64,000 nt of DNA from Macrostomum lignano (Eukaryota), in NCBI GenBank assembly GCA_002269645.1, contig NIVC01000714.1:372001-436000 (forward strand), written 5' to 3'. The position numbers were made by a program, and so were the translations under genes. This document shows, piece after piece, positions 63,602 to 64,000 of the stretch; position 1 is the stretch's first letter, and every line of letters begins with the position of its first letter. The notes under the pieces are model-generated. The model worked only from the letters and a program-made list of their open reading frames with translations, made no database searches and was not told where the DNA came from.

Positions 63602-64000
63602 GGCAGATTTGTTTAGTGTCAGTGGCAGATTGGTGAAGTGTCGGTGGCAGATTTGTTTAGTGTCAGTGGCAGATTTGTTTAGTGTCGGTGGCAGATTTGT
63701 TTAGTGTCGGTGGCAGATTTGTTTAGTGTCGGTGACAGATTTGTTTAGTGTCGGTGGCAGATTGGTGAAGTATCGGTGGCAGATTAGTTTAGTGTCGGTG
63801 GCAGATTTGTTTAGTGTCAGTGGCAGATTTGTTTAGTGTCGGTGGCAGATTTGTTTAGTGTCGGTGGCAGATTTGTTTAGTGTCGGTGGCAGATTTGTTT
63901 AGTGTCGGTGGCAGATTTGTTTAGTGTTGGTGGCAGATTTGTTTAGTGTCGGTGGCAGATTGGTGAAGTATCGGTGGCAGATTAGTTTAGTGTCGGTGGC
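63602..64000. repeat. 22-bp minisatellite (GGCAGATTTGTTTAGTGTCGGT), runs off the window end
   Basis: Directly visible. Confidence 0.95.

Overview
Eukaryotic (metazoan) genomic DNA with GC-rich exons, AT-rich spacers and tandem-repeat-filled introns. This architecture resembles a free-living flatworm such as Macrostomum (inference only). Eight protein-coding gene models were reconstructed by hand from GT/AG sites with consistent phase: (1) TRPM cation channel, + strand, 5' end outside the window, join(37..502,8589..8789,9608..10163,10828..11321,13489..14240,14738..15194,19948..21170); (2) ALDH3-family aldehyde dehydrogenase, +, join(23966..24649,25244..26005), 481 aa, ending in CaaX; (3) uncharacterised 169-aa single-pass Cys-rich membrane protein, +, join(29287..29319,29812..30171,31502..31618); (4) GAB/DOS-like PH-domain docking protein, +, join(36540..36577,36675..36798,38134..38484,39288..39797), 340 aa; (5) CSTPP1/C11orf49 orthologue, -, complement(join(40886..41216,42385..42439,44014..44123,44490..45080,45488..45590,46295..46319)), 404 aa; (6) centrin, -, complement(join(46957..47231,47524..47767)), 172 aa; (7) goliath/GRAIL-type signal-(PA)-TM-RING-H2 E3 ligase, +, join(50338..51192,55271..55345,56176..56258,57106..57418,58439..58507); (8) IAP-like BIR-UBA-RING gene, -, 62613..63581, with an in-frame TGA inside the BIR domain. 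About 30 distinct mini- and microsatellite arrays occupy roughly half the window, and most long ORFs in the supplied track are translations of these repeats. No rRNA, tRNA, CRISPR array or intact transposon was recognised.
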